Shown: positions 1-8,938 of the stretch, in pieces
How the letters are laid out: each line of letters starts with the position of its first letter
How positions within the stretch are numbered: position 1 is the first letter of the stretch
Source: an uncultured Pelagibacteraceae bacterium
GTDB taxonomy: Bacteria; Pseudomonadota; Alphaproteobacteria; Pelagibacterales; Pelagibacteraceae
DNA: 64,000 nt
Assembly: GCA_902556505.1 (NCBI GenBank)
Contig: CACDWM010000004.1
Location: 5,716-69,715, forward strand
Reading direction: 5' to 3'
The notes under the pieces: generated by a model
What the model saw: only the letters and a program-made list of their open reading frames with translations
Database searches by the model: none
Told to the model about the DNA's origin: nothing
Made by a program: the position numbers and the translations under genes

Positions 1-789
1 TACCTCTTTTGGCATCTTAGCTTTTGTAATTGCTTTATTTAAACTGGTTGTTTCATCTTTACCATCTTCAATTTCACCAAGTTCCTTTTGAATAGCTTTT
101 AATTGCTCATTTAGATAATACTCTCTTTGAGTTTTTTCCATTTGAGTTTTGACTCTACCTCTTATTCTTTTTTCGACACCAATAATACTCGTCTCATTCT
201 CCATTATTTTAATAATGGCATTTAATCTTTTCTTTACATCTACAGTTTCAAAAATTTGTTGTTTTTCTGAAATAGTAGCAGTTATATGAGATGCAATATT
301 GTCAGCAATCTGAGAAGGGTCTTTTAATTGCTTAATTGTATTAATTGTTTCACTAGAAATTTTTTTATTTATTGAGGTTAATTTTTCCAATCTTCTTAAT
401 GCCGTAGCAGCTAAAGGAAACAAATCCTCATCTTTAGGAAAAATATCTTGATAATGGGCATAATCACAAATTATAAATTTTTCATTATCTTTAAAATCTA
501 AAATTTTTACTCTTTTGATTCCCTCTACTAAAACTTTAACTGTTCCATCAGGTAATTTTAATAATTGCAAAATGCTTCCCTCACAACCGTACATAAAAAC
601 ATCGGTTTTCTTAGGATCATCAATTTCTGAATTTTTTTGAGTAACAAGAATAATTTTTTTATCTTTTTTCATCACCTCATTTAGAGCTGAAATAGATTTA
701 TCCCTTCCTACAAACAAAGGAATAACCATACTAGGAAAAACCACTATATCTCTTAGTGGTAACAACGGTAGTGAAATTTTAACATCCAT
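1..789 (-). CDS. lon: ATP-dependent protease La (Lon), N-terminal part, runs off window edge
   Basis: Hand translation from ATG at 789: MDVKISLPLLPLRDIVVFPSMVIPLFVGRDKSISAL (Lon N-domain signature); follows clpX. Absent from the ORF track because truncated. Confidence 0.97.
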   Translation of the reverse strand, partial: MDVKISLPLLPLRDIVVFPSMVIPLFVGRDKSISALNEVMKKDKKIILVTQKNSEIDDPKKTDVFMYGCEGSILQLLKLPDGTVKVLVEGIKRVKILDFKDNEKFIICDYAHYQDIFPKDEDLFPLAATALRRLEKLTSINKKISSETINTIKQLKDPSQIADNIASHITATISEKQQIFETVDVKKRLNAIIKIMENETSIIGVEKRIRGRVKTQMEKTQREYYLNEQLKAIQKELGEIEDGKDETTSLNKAITKAKMPKEV

Positions 790-796
790 GGGAATA

Positions 797-824
797 ATAT
801 GGATATTATATTTTATAATGCAAT
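797..824 (-). promoter_or_regulatory. Putative RpoH (sigma32)-like promoter of lon
   Basis: Minus strand ATTG-N17-TCCATAT, 7 nt before the ATG; resembles alphaproteobacterial CTTG-N17-CYTATNT; lon is a typical heat-shock gene. Confidence 0.45.
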
Positions 825-849
825 AGGTTTTTACTATTTATTAAGGATA

Positions 850-2118
850 TTAAGCCGCTGTGGTCTTATTTGACTTAGATTTATTATCACCTTTAGCATG
901 AACTAAAATTGGTTGTGACTGTCCTTTTGCTGCACCCGCATCAACAATAACCTCTTCAATATTATCTTGACTCGGAAGATCGTACATTGTTTTTAACAAA
1001 ATATTTTCTAGAATTGATCTCAAACCTCTTGCTCCAGTTTTTTTGCTAATTGCTTTTTGTGCTATTTCTTTTAGAGCGTTTTCTTTAAATATTAGTTTGG
1101 CGCCATCCAATTTAAACAATTCTTGATATTGTTTTGTTAAAGAATTTTTTGGTTCTTGTAATATTTTTATTAAAGATTTTTCGTCTAAATCTTCAAGTGT
1201 TGCTATCATTGGAAGTCTTCCTATAAATTCTGGAATCAATCCAAATTTCAATAAATCCTCGGGTTCTAACCCTTTCATCCATTCACCAGTTTTTTTATCT
1301 TGTGTATTTTTTACATCTGCACCAAAACCAATTGAAGTACCTTTGTCTCTTTGAGAAATTATTTTATCGAGTCCTGCAAACGCACCACCACAAATAAACA
1401 AAATATTTGTAGTATCTACTTGTAAAAATTCTTGTTGAGGATGTTTTCTACCCCCTTGAGGTGGAACACTTGCAACTGTTCCTTCCATTATTTTAAGAAG
1501 CGCTTGTTGAACACCTTCTCCAGATACATCTCTAGTGATTGATGGATTTTCAGATTTTCTACTAATTTTATCAACCTCATCAATATAAACTATACCTCTT
1601 TGAGCTTTTTCAACGTTATAGTCAGATGCTTGTAGCAATTTTAAAATAATATTTTCAACATCTTCTCCAACATAACCTGCCTCAGTTAGAGTGGTTGCAT
1701 CAGCCATTGTGAATGGAACGTCAAGAATTCTAGCTAGAGTTTGTGCAAGCAATGTTTTTCCACAACCTGTGGGACCCACTAAAAGTATATTGGATTTTGA
1801 TAACTCAACATTTTTGCTTGTTTTGCTTTCATAATTTAATCTTTTGTAATGATTGTGTACTGCAACAGATAATACCTTCTTCGCATGAGCTTGACCAATT
1901 ACATAATCATCTAATACTGAACAAATTTCTTTTGGAGATGGAAGGCCATCTTGATGTTTTACAAAAGTATCTTTACTCTCTTCTTTTATAATGTCCATAC
2001 ACAGCTCAACACATTCATCACAGATGAAAACTGTAGGCCCGGCAATCAACTTTCTTACTTCATGTTGGCTCTTGCCACAGAAAGAACAGTAAAGAATATT
2101 TTTATTATTTGTTGTCAT
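850..2118 (-). CDS. clpX: ATP-dependent Clp protease ATP-binding subunit ClpX
   Basis: CSFCGK...CDEC zinc finger, GPTGCGKT Walker [34 protein letters not shown] loop. Confidence 0.99.
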   Translation of the reverse strand: MTTNNKNILYCSFCGKSQHEVRKLIAGPTVFICDECVELCMDIIKEESKDTFVKHQDGLPSPKEICSVLDDYVIGQAHAKKVLSVAVHNHYKRLNYESKTSKNVELSKSNILLVGPTGCGKTLLAQTLARILDVPFTMADATTLTEAGYVGEDVENIILKLLQASDYNVEKAQRGIVYIDEVDKISRKSENPSITRDVSGEGVQQALLKIMEGTVASVPPQGGRKHPQQEFLQVDTTNILFICGGAFAGLDKIISQRDKGTSIGFGADVKNTQDKKTGEWMKGLEPEDLLKFGLIPEFIGRLPMIATLEDLDEKSLIKILQEPKNSLTKQYQELFKLDGAKLIFKENALKEIAQKAISKKTGARGLRSILENILLKTMYDLPSQDNIEEVIVDAGAAKGQSQPILVHAKGDNKSKSNKTTAA

Positions 2119-2210
2119 TTTAATTTTTATAACGAATCAATTTAATTACTTTATTATAGAAGACTCACACTAATCAAGTTTCGATTAATAATGACTCAAT
2201 ATATTGTATA

Positions 2211-2822
2211 TTAAGATCTTTTTTCTACTACTTCGTCAATAAGACCAAAAGATTGTGCGACATCTGCTGTCATGAAATTATCTCTTTCAAGAGCAGACTT
2301 TATTTCTTCAACGCTTTTTCCAGTATGTTTTGAATAAATTTCATTAAGTCTTTTCTTTAAAGACAAAACTTCATTAGCATGAATTTCAATATCAGTTGCC
2401 TGACCTTGAAAACCTGCGGATGGTTGATGAACCATTATTCTTGAATTTGGTAATGAAAATCTTTTTCCTTTTGTCCCAGCTGCAAGCAAAAAGGAACCCA
2501 TAGAAGCTGCTTGGCCGATGCATAAAGTAGAAATGTCAGGTTTCACATATTGCATTGTATCATAAATGCCAAGACCTGCTGTAACCAAACCTCCCGGACT
2601 ATTAATGTATAAATAAATCTCTTTTTTTGGATCTTCAGCTTCTAAAAATAACAATTGAGCTGTAACTAATGATGCAACGTTGTCATTAATTTGACCTGTT
2701 AAAAAAATAATTCTTTCTTTTAATAGTCTTGAATAGATATCATAAGCTCTTTCACCTTTACTTGATTGTTCAACAACCATTGGCACAAGATTGCTCATAT
2801 GTTCTGATAATTTTGTTGTCAT
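2211..2822 (-). CDS. clpP: ATP-dependent Clp protease proteolytic subunit ClpP
   Basis: [28 protein letters not shown] (catalytic Ser), MVHQP, ERDNFM. Confidence 0.99.
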   Translation of the reverse strand: MTTKLSEHMSNLVPMVVEQSSKGERAYDIYSRLLKERIIFLTGQINDNVASLVTAQLLFLEAEDPKKEIYLYINSPGGLVTAGLGIYDTMQYVKPDISTLCIGQAASMGSFLLAAGTKGKRFSLPNSRIMVHQPSAGFQGQATDIEIHANEVLSLKKRLNEIYSKHTGKSVEEIKSALERDNFMTADVAQSFGLIDEVVEKRS

Positions 2823-2854
2823 AAGTTGATTCGTTCTACTTATACAACTTGAGA

Positions 2855-4297
2855 TTACTTTTTGCTAACTTTTTTTGTCTTTTTCGCTGTTGGCTTTGAT
2901 TTTACCTTTTTAGTTGAAGGTTTTTTTTCTTTAGCAGATGTTGTGGATGATTTTTTCTTAGTTTCCTTTTTTTCTGCTGCATGGCTATGATCATGATCAT
3001 GGTCTTGCTTATGAGCTTCTTTTAAAATCTTTTCAGCCTCTTCTTTTGAAATTTCTTTCTTATTTGCTTTACCTTTTTCTTTAATTAAATTTAAAATTTT
3101 TTCCTCGTACACAGTTCCTCTAAGACTCGCTAATGCAGAAGGATTTTTTTGATAAAAATCCATAACCATTTTTTCTTGTCCAGGCATCATTCTTAATTGT
3201 TTTTGTACTTCAGCTTGAACCTCTTGTTCTGTAACTTTAACCTGATTTTTTTCACCAAACTCATTTAAAATTAATCCAGTCTTAATTCTAGTTTTTGCCT
3301 TATCCACAAAATCCTTTTTATTTTTCTTAGCTTCTTCCTCAGACATACCCTGCGAAAGAATTTTTACCTCTTCTTCAATTAAATTTTCTGGCACCTCATC
3401 CACTTTGATTTTTTCAATTTCTTTCAAAATTTGATTTTTAGATAATTGATCTAAAGAATTTTTGTATTCGTCATTAATTTGTTTTGAAATTAATGTTTTT
3501 AAATCTTTTAAATCTTTTGCTCCTAAATTTTTTGCAAAATCATCATCAATTTTTACTTCTTCTGATTGTTTAACACTTAAAATTTTACAATTAAATTTAG
3601 CTTTTTTATTTACTAATTCTTTTTCAGGGAAATTTTCTGGCAAAGTTGCTTCTACAACTTTTTCATCATCTTTCTTAACTCCAATTAATTGTTCATCGAA
3701 GCCTTTTAAAAATAAGTCTTTACCTAAAGTTAACTGAGTATTCTTTCCCTCGCTTCCTTTAAAATCCTTACCATCAACTGTTGCTTTATAATCTAAAGAA
3801 ACTAAATCACCCTTTTTAGCTTTTGTATCAGCGCTAACTTCTTTGAAGTTTGGTTGGTTTTTAGCTATATCTTTTATTCTTTTATCTGTTTCACTATCAT
3901 CAATTTTGACTGTGTATTCGTCAAATTTAATATTTTCTAAAGATTTGATTTCTAGTTTTGGTAATTCCGTTACTGATAAAACATACTCAAGATCTTTGTC
4001 TTCGCCATATGTCTTTAAGTCAAGTTTTGGTTGACCAGCTGGTTTAATTTTATTTTCTTCTAATGCTTTTGTAGAAGTTTCTTTTAAAACTTTGTCTAAA
4101 ACTTCTCCAAAAACTGCTTTACCAAATTGTCTTTTTAAAATTTCTTTTGGAACTTTACCTGGTCTAAATCCTTTAAGATTAACAGTACCTTTGATCTCTT
4201 CGTATTTTTCATCCATATAAGAGTTCATTGTCTCTTTATCGATAAAAACTTTAAGGTCTTTATTTAAACCTTTTTTATTTTCTACTGTAACTTTCAT
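2855..4297 (-). CDS. tig: Trigger factor (with His- and Lys-rich C-terminal extension)
   Basis: GFRPGKVP ribosome-binding signature, FKBP-type domain, tig-clpP-clpX-lon synteny. Confidence 0.98.
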   Translation of the reverse strand: MKVTVENKKGLNKDLKVFIDKETMNSYMDEKYEEIKGTVNLKGFRPGKVPKEILKRQFGKAVFGEVLDKVLKETSTKALEENKIKPAGQPKLDLKTYGEDKDLEYVLSVTELPKLEIKSLENIKFDEYTVKIDDSETDKRIKDIAKNQPNFKEVSADTKAKKGDLVSLDYKATVDGKDFKGSEGKNTQLTLGKDLFLKGFDEQLIGVKKDDEKVVEATLPENFPEKELVNKKAKFNCKILSVKQSEEVKIDDDFAKNLGAKDLKDLKTLISKQINDEYKNSLDQLSKNQILKEIEKIKVDEVPENLIEEEVKILSQGMSEEEAKKNKKDFVDKAKTRIKTGLILNEFGEKNQVKVTEQEVQAEVQKQLRMMPGQEKMVMDFYQKNPSALASLRGTVYEEKILNLIKEKGKANKKEISKEEAEKILKEAHKQDHDHDHSHAAEKKETKKKSSTTSAKEKKPSTKKVKSKPTAKKTKKVSKK

Positions 4298-4307
4298 AAT
4301 ATTTTAA

Positions 4308-4392
4308 TGGTAGGGCGAAAAGGACTCGAACCTTCACATGTTGCCATATTGGTTCCTAAGACCAACGCGTCTACCAATTCCGCCATCGCCCC
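4308..4392 (-). tRNA. tRNA-Leu (TAG)
   Basis: GGGGCGATGGCGGAATTGGTAGACGCGTTGGTCTTAGGAACCAATATGGCAACATGTGAAGGTTCGAGTCCTTTTCGCCCTACCA: 85 nt, TAG anticodon, long variable arm, GGTTCGA T-loop, encoded CCA; usual position upstream of tig. Confidence 0.97.
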
Positions 4393-4493
4393 ACAAATTA
4401 CGAGGTTTTATATATTATTGAAACTATTTGTCCAATGACAATTGTTAAAAAATTATCTATTTATCTAATAAATTTTATACTAATTTATAAAAA

Positions 4494-4745
4494 ATGATTA
4501 TTTCACCTTGCATAAGCATTTGCAAAACTGATCCATCAACAGGTTATTGTTATGGTTGTGGAAGAAGTAATGAGGAAAAAAGACTTTGGAAAATGGAAGA
4601 AACAACTGATGAATGGAAAAAAGAAAATATAATTGTAATTGAAAAAAGACTTACTGGTTGGCAACTAGAGAGTTTTAAAGAATCTTATTCTTATAAAATC
4701 AAGAATGGTATGTCTCTTTTTAAGAAAAACTTAATCAAAGATTGA
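4494..4745 (+). CDS. DUF1289-family small Cys-rich protein
   Basis: SPCISICK...GYCYGCGRS..E...W pattern. Confidence 0.85.
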   Translation: MIISPCISICKTDPSTGYCYGCGRSNEEKRLWKMEETTDEWKKENIIVIEKRLTGWQLESFKESYSYKIKNGMSLFKKNLIKD

Positions 4746-4751
4746 TAAAAT

Positions 4752-4925
4752 ATGAGTAAAGTTAAAATTGTAAGTATTCTCTATGCTATAGGGATAATTA
4801 TTGGCGCTTTATTCTTTGATGTTTGGGGAGCAGATACCACCCCTTTAAAAACATTGTCTGTATTTGCTTGGACTGTAATATTTATTATAGCTTTATTTTT
4901 TGTTGATAAAAATGAGAGAAAATAA
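4752..4925 (+). CDS. Small two-helix membrane protein (57 aa, not in ORF track)
   Basis: MSKVKIVSILYAIGIIIGALFFDVWGADTTPLKTLSVFAWTVIFIIALFFVDKNERK*; fills the gap between co-directional genes, two hydrophobic segments. Confidence 0.75.
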   Translation: MSKVKIVSILYAIGIIIGALFFDVWGADTTPLKTLSVFAWTVIFIIALFFVDKNERK

Positions 4926-5334
4926 GTTTTTAATATTTTTTTTATCATTTTTTTTTATATCCTTTAATTCTCACTCAGAAATAATTGTGATGAGTAAATG
5001 TGATCATAAAGAGGACGGTTTTTTAAAAAATGAATATATTTTAAATCTTAATGAACTAATTATGACACGTAATTACGTTTATAATGAAAAAACTTATCAA
5101 AAATATAAAATTACCGATTTAAGTGTTAAAAAGAAAAACTCCTATGTGAGAAATATTTATGAAGAAGATGGAAAAATACTTACATTAAAACATGGTTATC
5201 CTCAGTTTTATACTCAAATTTTATTTGAAAAAAATAAACCAGAAATATTTGTTAAGGCTGTTTTGAATGATGTTGAAAGTTTATCTAAAATCTCTAGTTG
5301 TGAAAAAATAGAGAAATTTGATCAAGAAAGTTAG
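4912..5334 (+). CDS. Hypothetical exported protein
   Basis: Start moved to ATG 4912 (MRENKFLIFFLSFFFISFNSHSE, signal-peptide-like); two Cys that could form a disulfide. Confidence 0.75.
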   Translation: MRENKFLIFFLSFFFISFNSHSEIIVMSKCDHKEDGFLKNEYILNLNELIMTRNYVYNEKTYQKYKITDLSVKKKNSYVRNIYEEDGKILTLKHGYPQFYTQILFEKNKPEIFVKAVLNDVESLSKISSCEKIEKFDQES

Positions 5335-5468
5335 TTTTTATTTTTTTTTTCTTCTTTGTTTTTAGTAATAAATTTTTTCTTAAGTTCAAATCTACTATTT
5401 GTAATATTTGAACGATGCTTCGCGTATGCTTGTTTTTGCGCTTGTCTCATTGCTCTTTTAGATGACAT
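5331..5468 (-). CDS. Small basic hypothetical protein (45 aa, not in ORF track)
   Basis: MSSKRAMRQAQKQAYAKHRSNITNSRFELKKKFITKNKEEKKNKN*; starts 11 nt after the upstream stop, fills the gap exactly. Confidence 0.6.
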   Translation of the reverse strand: MSSKRAMRQAQKQAYAKHRSNITNSRFELKKKFITKNKEEKKNKN

Positions 5469-5479
5469 GATAATTTACT

Positions 5480-6037
5480 TTAATATTCAATTTCTAAAGT
5501 ATCAATAACTTTTAAACTTTTATCCGAAACAACAATCTCTCCAGATGATGGTGCATAATTTAAAATTTCAGAAATCACCACATAATGTGTGACAAAAACT
5601 AAATTTTGATCTTTATTCCAAGTGCTAATAAATTTATCAAAATCAATAACTTGCTTTTTTCTATTGCTGGCAAATTTTGCACTAAAAAATGAGTTTAGAA
5701 AATTTTTAGTTTCATATTCTTTAAAGGCAATAGATGCTGTTTCTTTACATCGACACCATTCACTGGAATAAACTTTTCCAATAGAAATTTTATTTTTCTT
5801 AAAAAAATTACCAATTTTTTGTGATTGAACTCTACCACTATCACTTAAATTTCTTTGAGTTGTACAATCGTTAATATCGAAATTATCTGGATCGCCACCA
5901 CCAGGGGCATAAGCATGTCTTATGAAAATTAATTTTCCACCCTTTTGTAATTCATTAATTAAAGTTTGTTTTGAATCTGCTTTAACTGAGGGATTAATAC
6001 ATATAAATATTAAGGTTAAATAATTTAAAATTTTCAT
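5480..6037 (-). CDS. Histidine phosphatase superfamily protein, exported
   Basis: FIRHA, R-x-L-x-x-x-G, SSEWCRCKETA, FVTH motifs; N-terminal signal-like segment. Confidence 0.9.
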   Translation of the reverse strand: MKILNYLTLIFICINPSVKADSKQTLINELQKGGKLIFIRHAYAPGGGDPDNFDINDCTTQRNLSDSGRVQSQKIGNFFKKNKISIGKVYSSEWCRCKETASIAFKEYETKNFLNSFFSAKFASNRKKQVIDFDKFISTWNKDQNLVFVTHYVVISEILNYAPSSGEIVVSDKSLKVIDTLEIEY

Positions 6038-6039
6038 TT

Positions 6040-6720
6040 ATGAATATTAAAATAGATAGTTTAAATAAAACAATTCTTAAATGTAAAGAATGTCCAAGGC
6101 TTGTTAATTTTGTTAAAAAAATTTCAACAGAAAAAAGAAAACAAAATATAGACGAAACCTACTGGGGAAAACCAGTTACAGGTTTTGGCGAAATTGATGC
6201 AAAAATTTTAATAATTGGATTGGCCCCAGCAGCACATGGAGGCACACGAACAGGAAGAGCATTCACAGGTGATAAATCTGGAGATTTTTTATTTAAATGT
6301 TTATTTAAAGCTAAAATTTCAAACCAACCAAATTCAGAAAATCTAAATGATGGTCTCAAATTAAAATCGACATATATAACTAATATTTTAAAATGTGTTC
6401 CTCCTGGAGACAAACCTAAAATAGAAGAGCTTAATAATTGTTCAAAATACTTTGATAGCGAGATTAATAATTTAAAAAAATTAAAAACTATTATTGCATT
6501 AGGAAAGGTAGCATTTGATAATTGTGCTAAATTTTATAAAAAAAAATATAGTTTTAATGAGAAGATAAAATTTATTCACGGAAAATCCTATTTACTACCA
6601 GGAAATATTAAACTAATTGCCTGTTATCACCCTAGCCCTAGAAATGTAAATACTAAACTTATATCTGAAAAAATGATTGTAGACTTATTTAAAAAAGTTA
6701 GAAAAATATCTATGAACTAG
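6040..6720 (+). CDS. Uracil-DNA glycosylase (Fe-S, family 5/UdgB-like)
   Basis: CKECPRL, GLAPAAHGGTRTGRAFTGDKSG, KCVPP, YHPSPRN. Confidence 0.93.
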   Translation: MNIKIDSLNKTILKCKECPRLVNFVKKISTEKRKQNIDETYWGKPVTGFGEIDAKILIIGLAPAAHGGTRTGRAFTGDKSGDFLFKCLFKAKISNQPNSENLNDGLKLKSTYITNILKCVPPGDKPKIEELNNCSKYFDSEINNLKKLKTIIALGKVAFDNCAKFYKKKYSFNEKIKFIHGKSYLLPGNIKLIACYHPSPRNVNTKLISEKMIVDLFKKVRKISMN

Positions 6721-7123
6721 AAGTATAGGGTTTAAAGTCTGATAAGATTTTTTCTGGAATTTTAACCGGCTTAAATTTTTCATTTATAAATACTAGATGA
6801 GTTTTAGCCTCTACGATCAATTCCTCATTTTTAAATATTGATTGATTCATTAAAAAAGAGGTTTTTGAAGTAGAGTCTACAAAAGATTTAATTTGTAGAT
6901 CATCTTCTAAATATGCAGATTTTTTATATTCAATATTGCACGATTTAACAATTATGAGAGCACCAAAATCATTTTTTATTTTTGTATTGCTTAATCCAAT
7001 AGTTGATAACGCTTCAGTTCTAGCTCTTTCTAAATATTTTAAATAATTTGCATAGTACACAACTCCACCAGCGTCTGTGTCCTCATAATACACTTTAACA
7101 TTATGAGTAAAGTTTTTATGCAT
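6710..7123 (-). CDS. ybgC: YbgC/FadM-family acyl-CoA thioesterase
   Basis: VYYEDTDAGGVVYYANYLKYLERARTE. Confidence 0.9.
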   Translation of the reverse strand: MHKNFTHNVKVYYEDTDAGGVVYYANYLKYLERARTEALSTIGLSNTKIKNDFGALIIVKSCNIEYKKSAYLEDDLQIKSFVDSTSKTSFLMNQSIFKNEELIVEAKTHLVFINEKFKPVKIPEKILSDFKPYTSSS

Positions 7124-7180
7124 AAGTTAATAATATCAAATAAATAAAAATTTAATAGAAACTAAGATATAATATCTTAG

Positions 7181-7321
7181 ATGAAAATTTATATAATTTG
7201 GTTAATCGGAGTAATTTTATGGAACTTTGGATTTCCAAATGCAGTTCCAATCGCTGATGTTATCGCAGCTATTTTATTATCGTTTTTAAGTATTGGATTA
7301 AAAAAGTATTTAAAATGGTAA
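7181..7321 (+). CDS. Small helical-hairpin membrane protein (46 aa, not in ORF track)
   Basis: MKIYIIWLIGVILWNFGFPNAVPIADVIAAILLSFLSIGLKKYLKW*; TATAAT 7 nt upstream; stop abuts the convergent gene's stop. Confidence 0.75.
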   Translation: MKIYIIWLIGVILWNFGFPNAVPIADVIAAILLSFLSIGLKKYLKW

Positions 7322-7972
7322 TTAATCTGCTGAAAAATAAATATTCTGAAAATAAGAAATTGATTTCATTTTAGAATTATCAGTATCAGCCATTATAGCC
7401 AAACCATCTAATTCATTCACATCTAGATTATGAAATTTTTTAAAATCTTCCTTAACATTGGCTTTTACCGTTACCCAAACATTAAGATTGTCTTTTGTAG
7501 TTGCTAATACATTATCTATTGATTTTTTTGTATAAGGACTTGGCCAACTCTGGCCAACTGCACTATTGCTTGAAAAAACATAATTAATTGCTCTATTTGA
7601 AAGTGGAGTTGCTCCTGTTTTTTTTACAGCAAAGACTCTAGCTGCAAAATCATGACCTTTTTTTGAGTTCTCATTAATGCCTTGCAAATCTTTCTCAATT
7701 TTCCATGTAATATTGATAAAAGGAGTTTTATTTAGGTCAATTTTAATCTCTTTTCCAAGGCCTGAAGCAGCATTATCAGCTACTGCTTTTAAATAATTAC
7801 CATTCTCATTTGATCCAACAGTATAAACTGTTTTGTTATCTGCTCCTCTCACCTTTCGAACATCGAGTTCTGAAAGCTCTTGCTCTGTAAATTTAAAAAT
7901 ATTTATATTTTCAGCGACTGCTGAGTTAAGAAAAATTAATGATGTAATAAAAATAAAAAAAAATTTAAGCAT
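7322..7972 (-). CDS. DUF3047-family exported protein
   Basis: Signal peptide, KKGHDFAARVF, AINYVF, GLAIMADTDNS...YFQNI motifs. Confidence 0.85.
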   Translation of the reverse strand: MLKFFFIFITSLIFLNSAVAENINIFKFTEQELSELDVRKVRGADNKTVYTVGSNENGNYLKAVADNAASGLGKEIKIDLNKTPFINITWKIEKDLQGINENSKKGHDFAARVFAVKKTGATPLSNRAINYVFSSNSAVGQSWPSPYTKKSIDNVLATTKDNLNVWVTVKANVKEDFKKFHNLDVNELDGLAIMADTDNSKMKSISYFQNIYFSAD

Positions 7973-8052
7973 GATCTTCTTATAGATAGATTATTTATAA
8001 ATTCAATATTCAGTCACAATTTCAACATTCTAAATGCAAAATTGATTGCTAA

Positions 8053-8184
8053 ATGAATAATATGAAAATAATTTCTGTGTTTGTTCTTCTTATCTATTGG
8101 TCAATAATGATCACAGCGCCTGTTATGGGTAAAAATTCTATTAAAAATCAAAATAAAGATATAAAAATAGTTTCAAATTTTTGA
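8053..8184 (+). CDS. Possible small membrane/secreted peptide (43 aa; alternative start 8062)
   Basis: MNNMKIISVFVLLIYWSIMITAPVMGKNSIKNQNKDIKIVSNF*; hydrophobic N-terminus, ends 2 nt before the convergent gene. Confidence 0.45.
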   Translation: MNNMKIISVFVLLIYWSIMITAPVMGKNSIKNQNKDIKIVSNF

Positions 8185-8186
8185 GA

Positions 8187-8933
8187 CTAATATGTGGATC
8201 TACCACCACTGATATCAAATACCGCAGCTGTAGAAAAAGTGTTTTCTTGTGAAGAAAGCCAGCAAACTAGTGAAGTAAACTCATGTATTTCAAGAAATCT
8301 TCCTCTTGGCACCTTTGACAGCATTCTTTGTACATGCTCTTTACTCATTTGATCTAAAATTCTAGTTTTAGCACCTGCTGGGGTGACAGCGTTTACAGCT
8401 ATATCTTTGTCAGCTAATTCTTTACCCAAAGCTTTTGTCAACCCAATTGCGCCAGCTTTTCCTGAGCTATACGCGCTTGCATTTGCATTACCATCTTTGC
8501 CTGCAACGGAAGCAACATTAACAATTCTTCCATAGTTGTTTTTAATCATATTTGGTACAATTGCTCGACAGCAGTTAAAAGTGCCCATTAAATTTATCTG
8601 TACTATTTTATTCCACATATCGACATCATACTCCCACAAAGGACCTGTAGGACCTGTTATTCCAGCATTATTGATTAAAATATCTATGTTTGATTTTGAG
8701 GTTATGTCTGCAACGTTTTTCTCTACATCTTGATAATTTGATATATCAACGACACTATAAAATAAGTTATGGTTTTTTACTTCATCAACTGCTGATTTAA
8801 GAAGCTTTTCATCGATATCCCATATAAATACTTTAGCGCCAGACTCTAAAAATCTTTTTGCAACATCTAAACCAAACCCTTGGGCTCCACCAGTAACTAC
8901 AGCTGTTCTATTTTTAAAATCAAATGTGTGCAT
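8187..8933 (-). CDS. SDR oxidoreductase, 2-keto-3-deoxy-L-rhamnonate dehydrogenase (LRA5)-like subgroup
   Basis: Start moved to MHTFDF (8933). TGGAQGFG, NNAGITG, SVAGKDGN...AYSSGK, C-terminal FDISGGRSTY. Confidence 0.85.
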   Translation of the reverse strand: MHTFDFKNRTAVVTGGAQGFGLDVAKRFLESGAKVFIWDIDEKLLKSAVDEVKNHNLFYSVVDISNYQDVEKNVADITSKSNIDILINNAGITGPTGPLWEYDVDMWNKIVQINLMGTFNCCRAIVPNMIKNNYGRIVNVASVAGKDGNANASAYSSGKAGAIGLTKALGKELADKDIAVNAVTPAGAKTRILDQMSKEHVQRMLSKVPRGRFLEIHEFTSLVCWLSSQENTFSTAAVFDISGGRSTY

Positions 8934-8938
8934 TAAAA

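Noticed and set aside
4308-8184. tRNA-Leu next to several small hypotheticals as a possible genomic island
   Set aside because: The tRNA 3' end abuts tig; no integrase, no duplicated tRNA end, no evident compositional shift.
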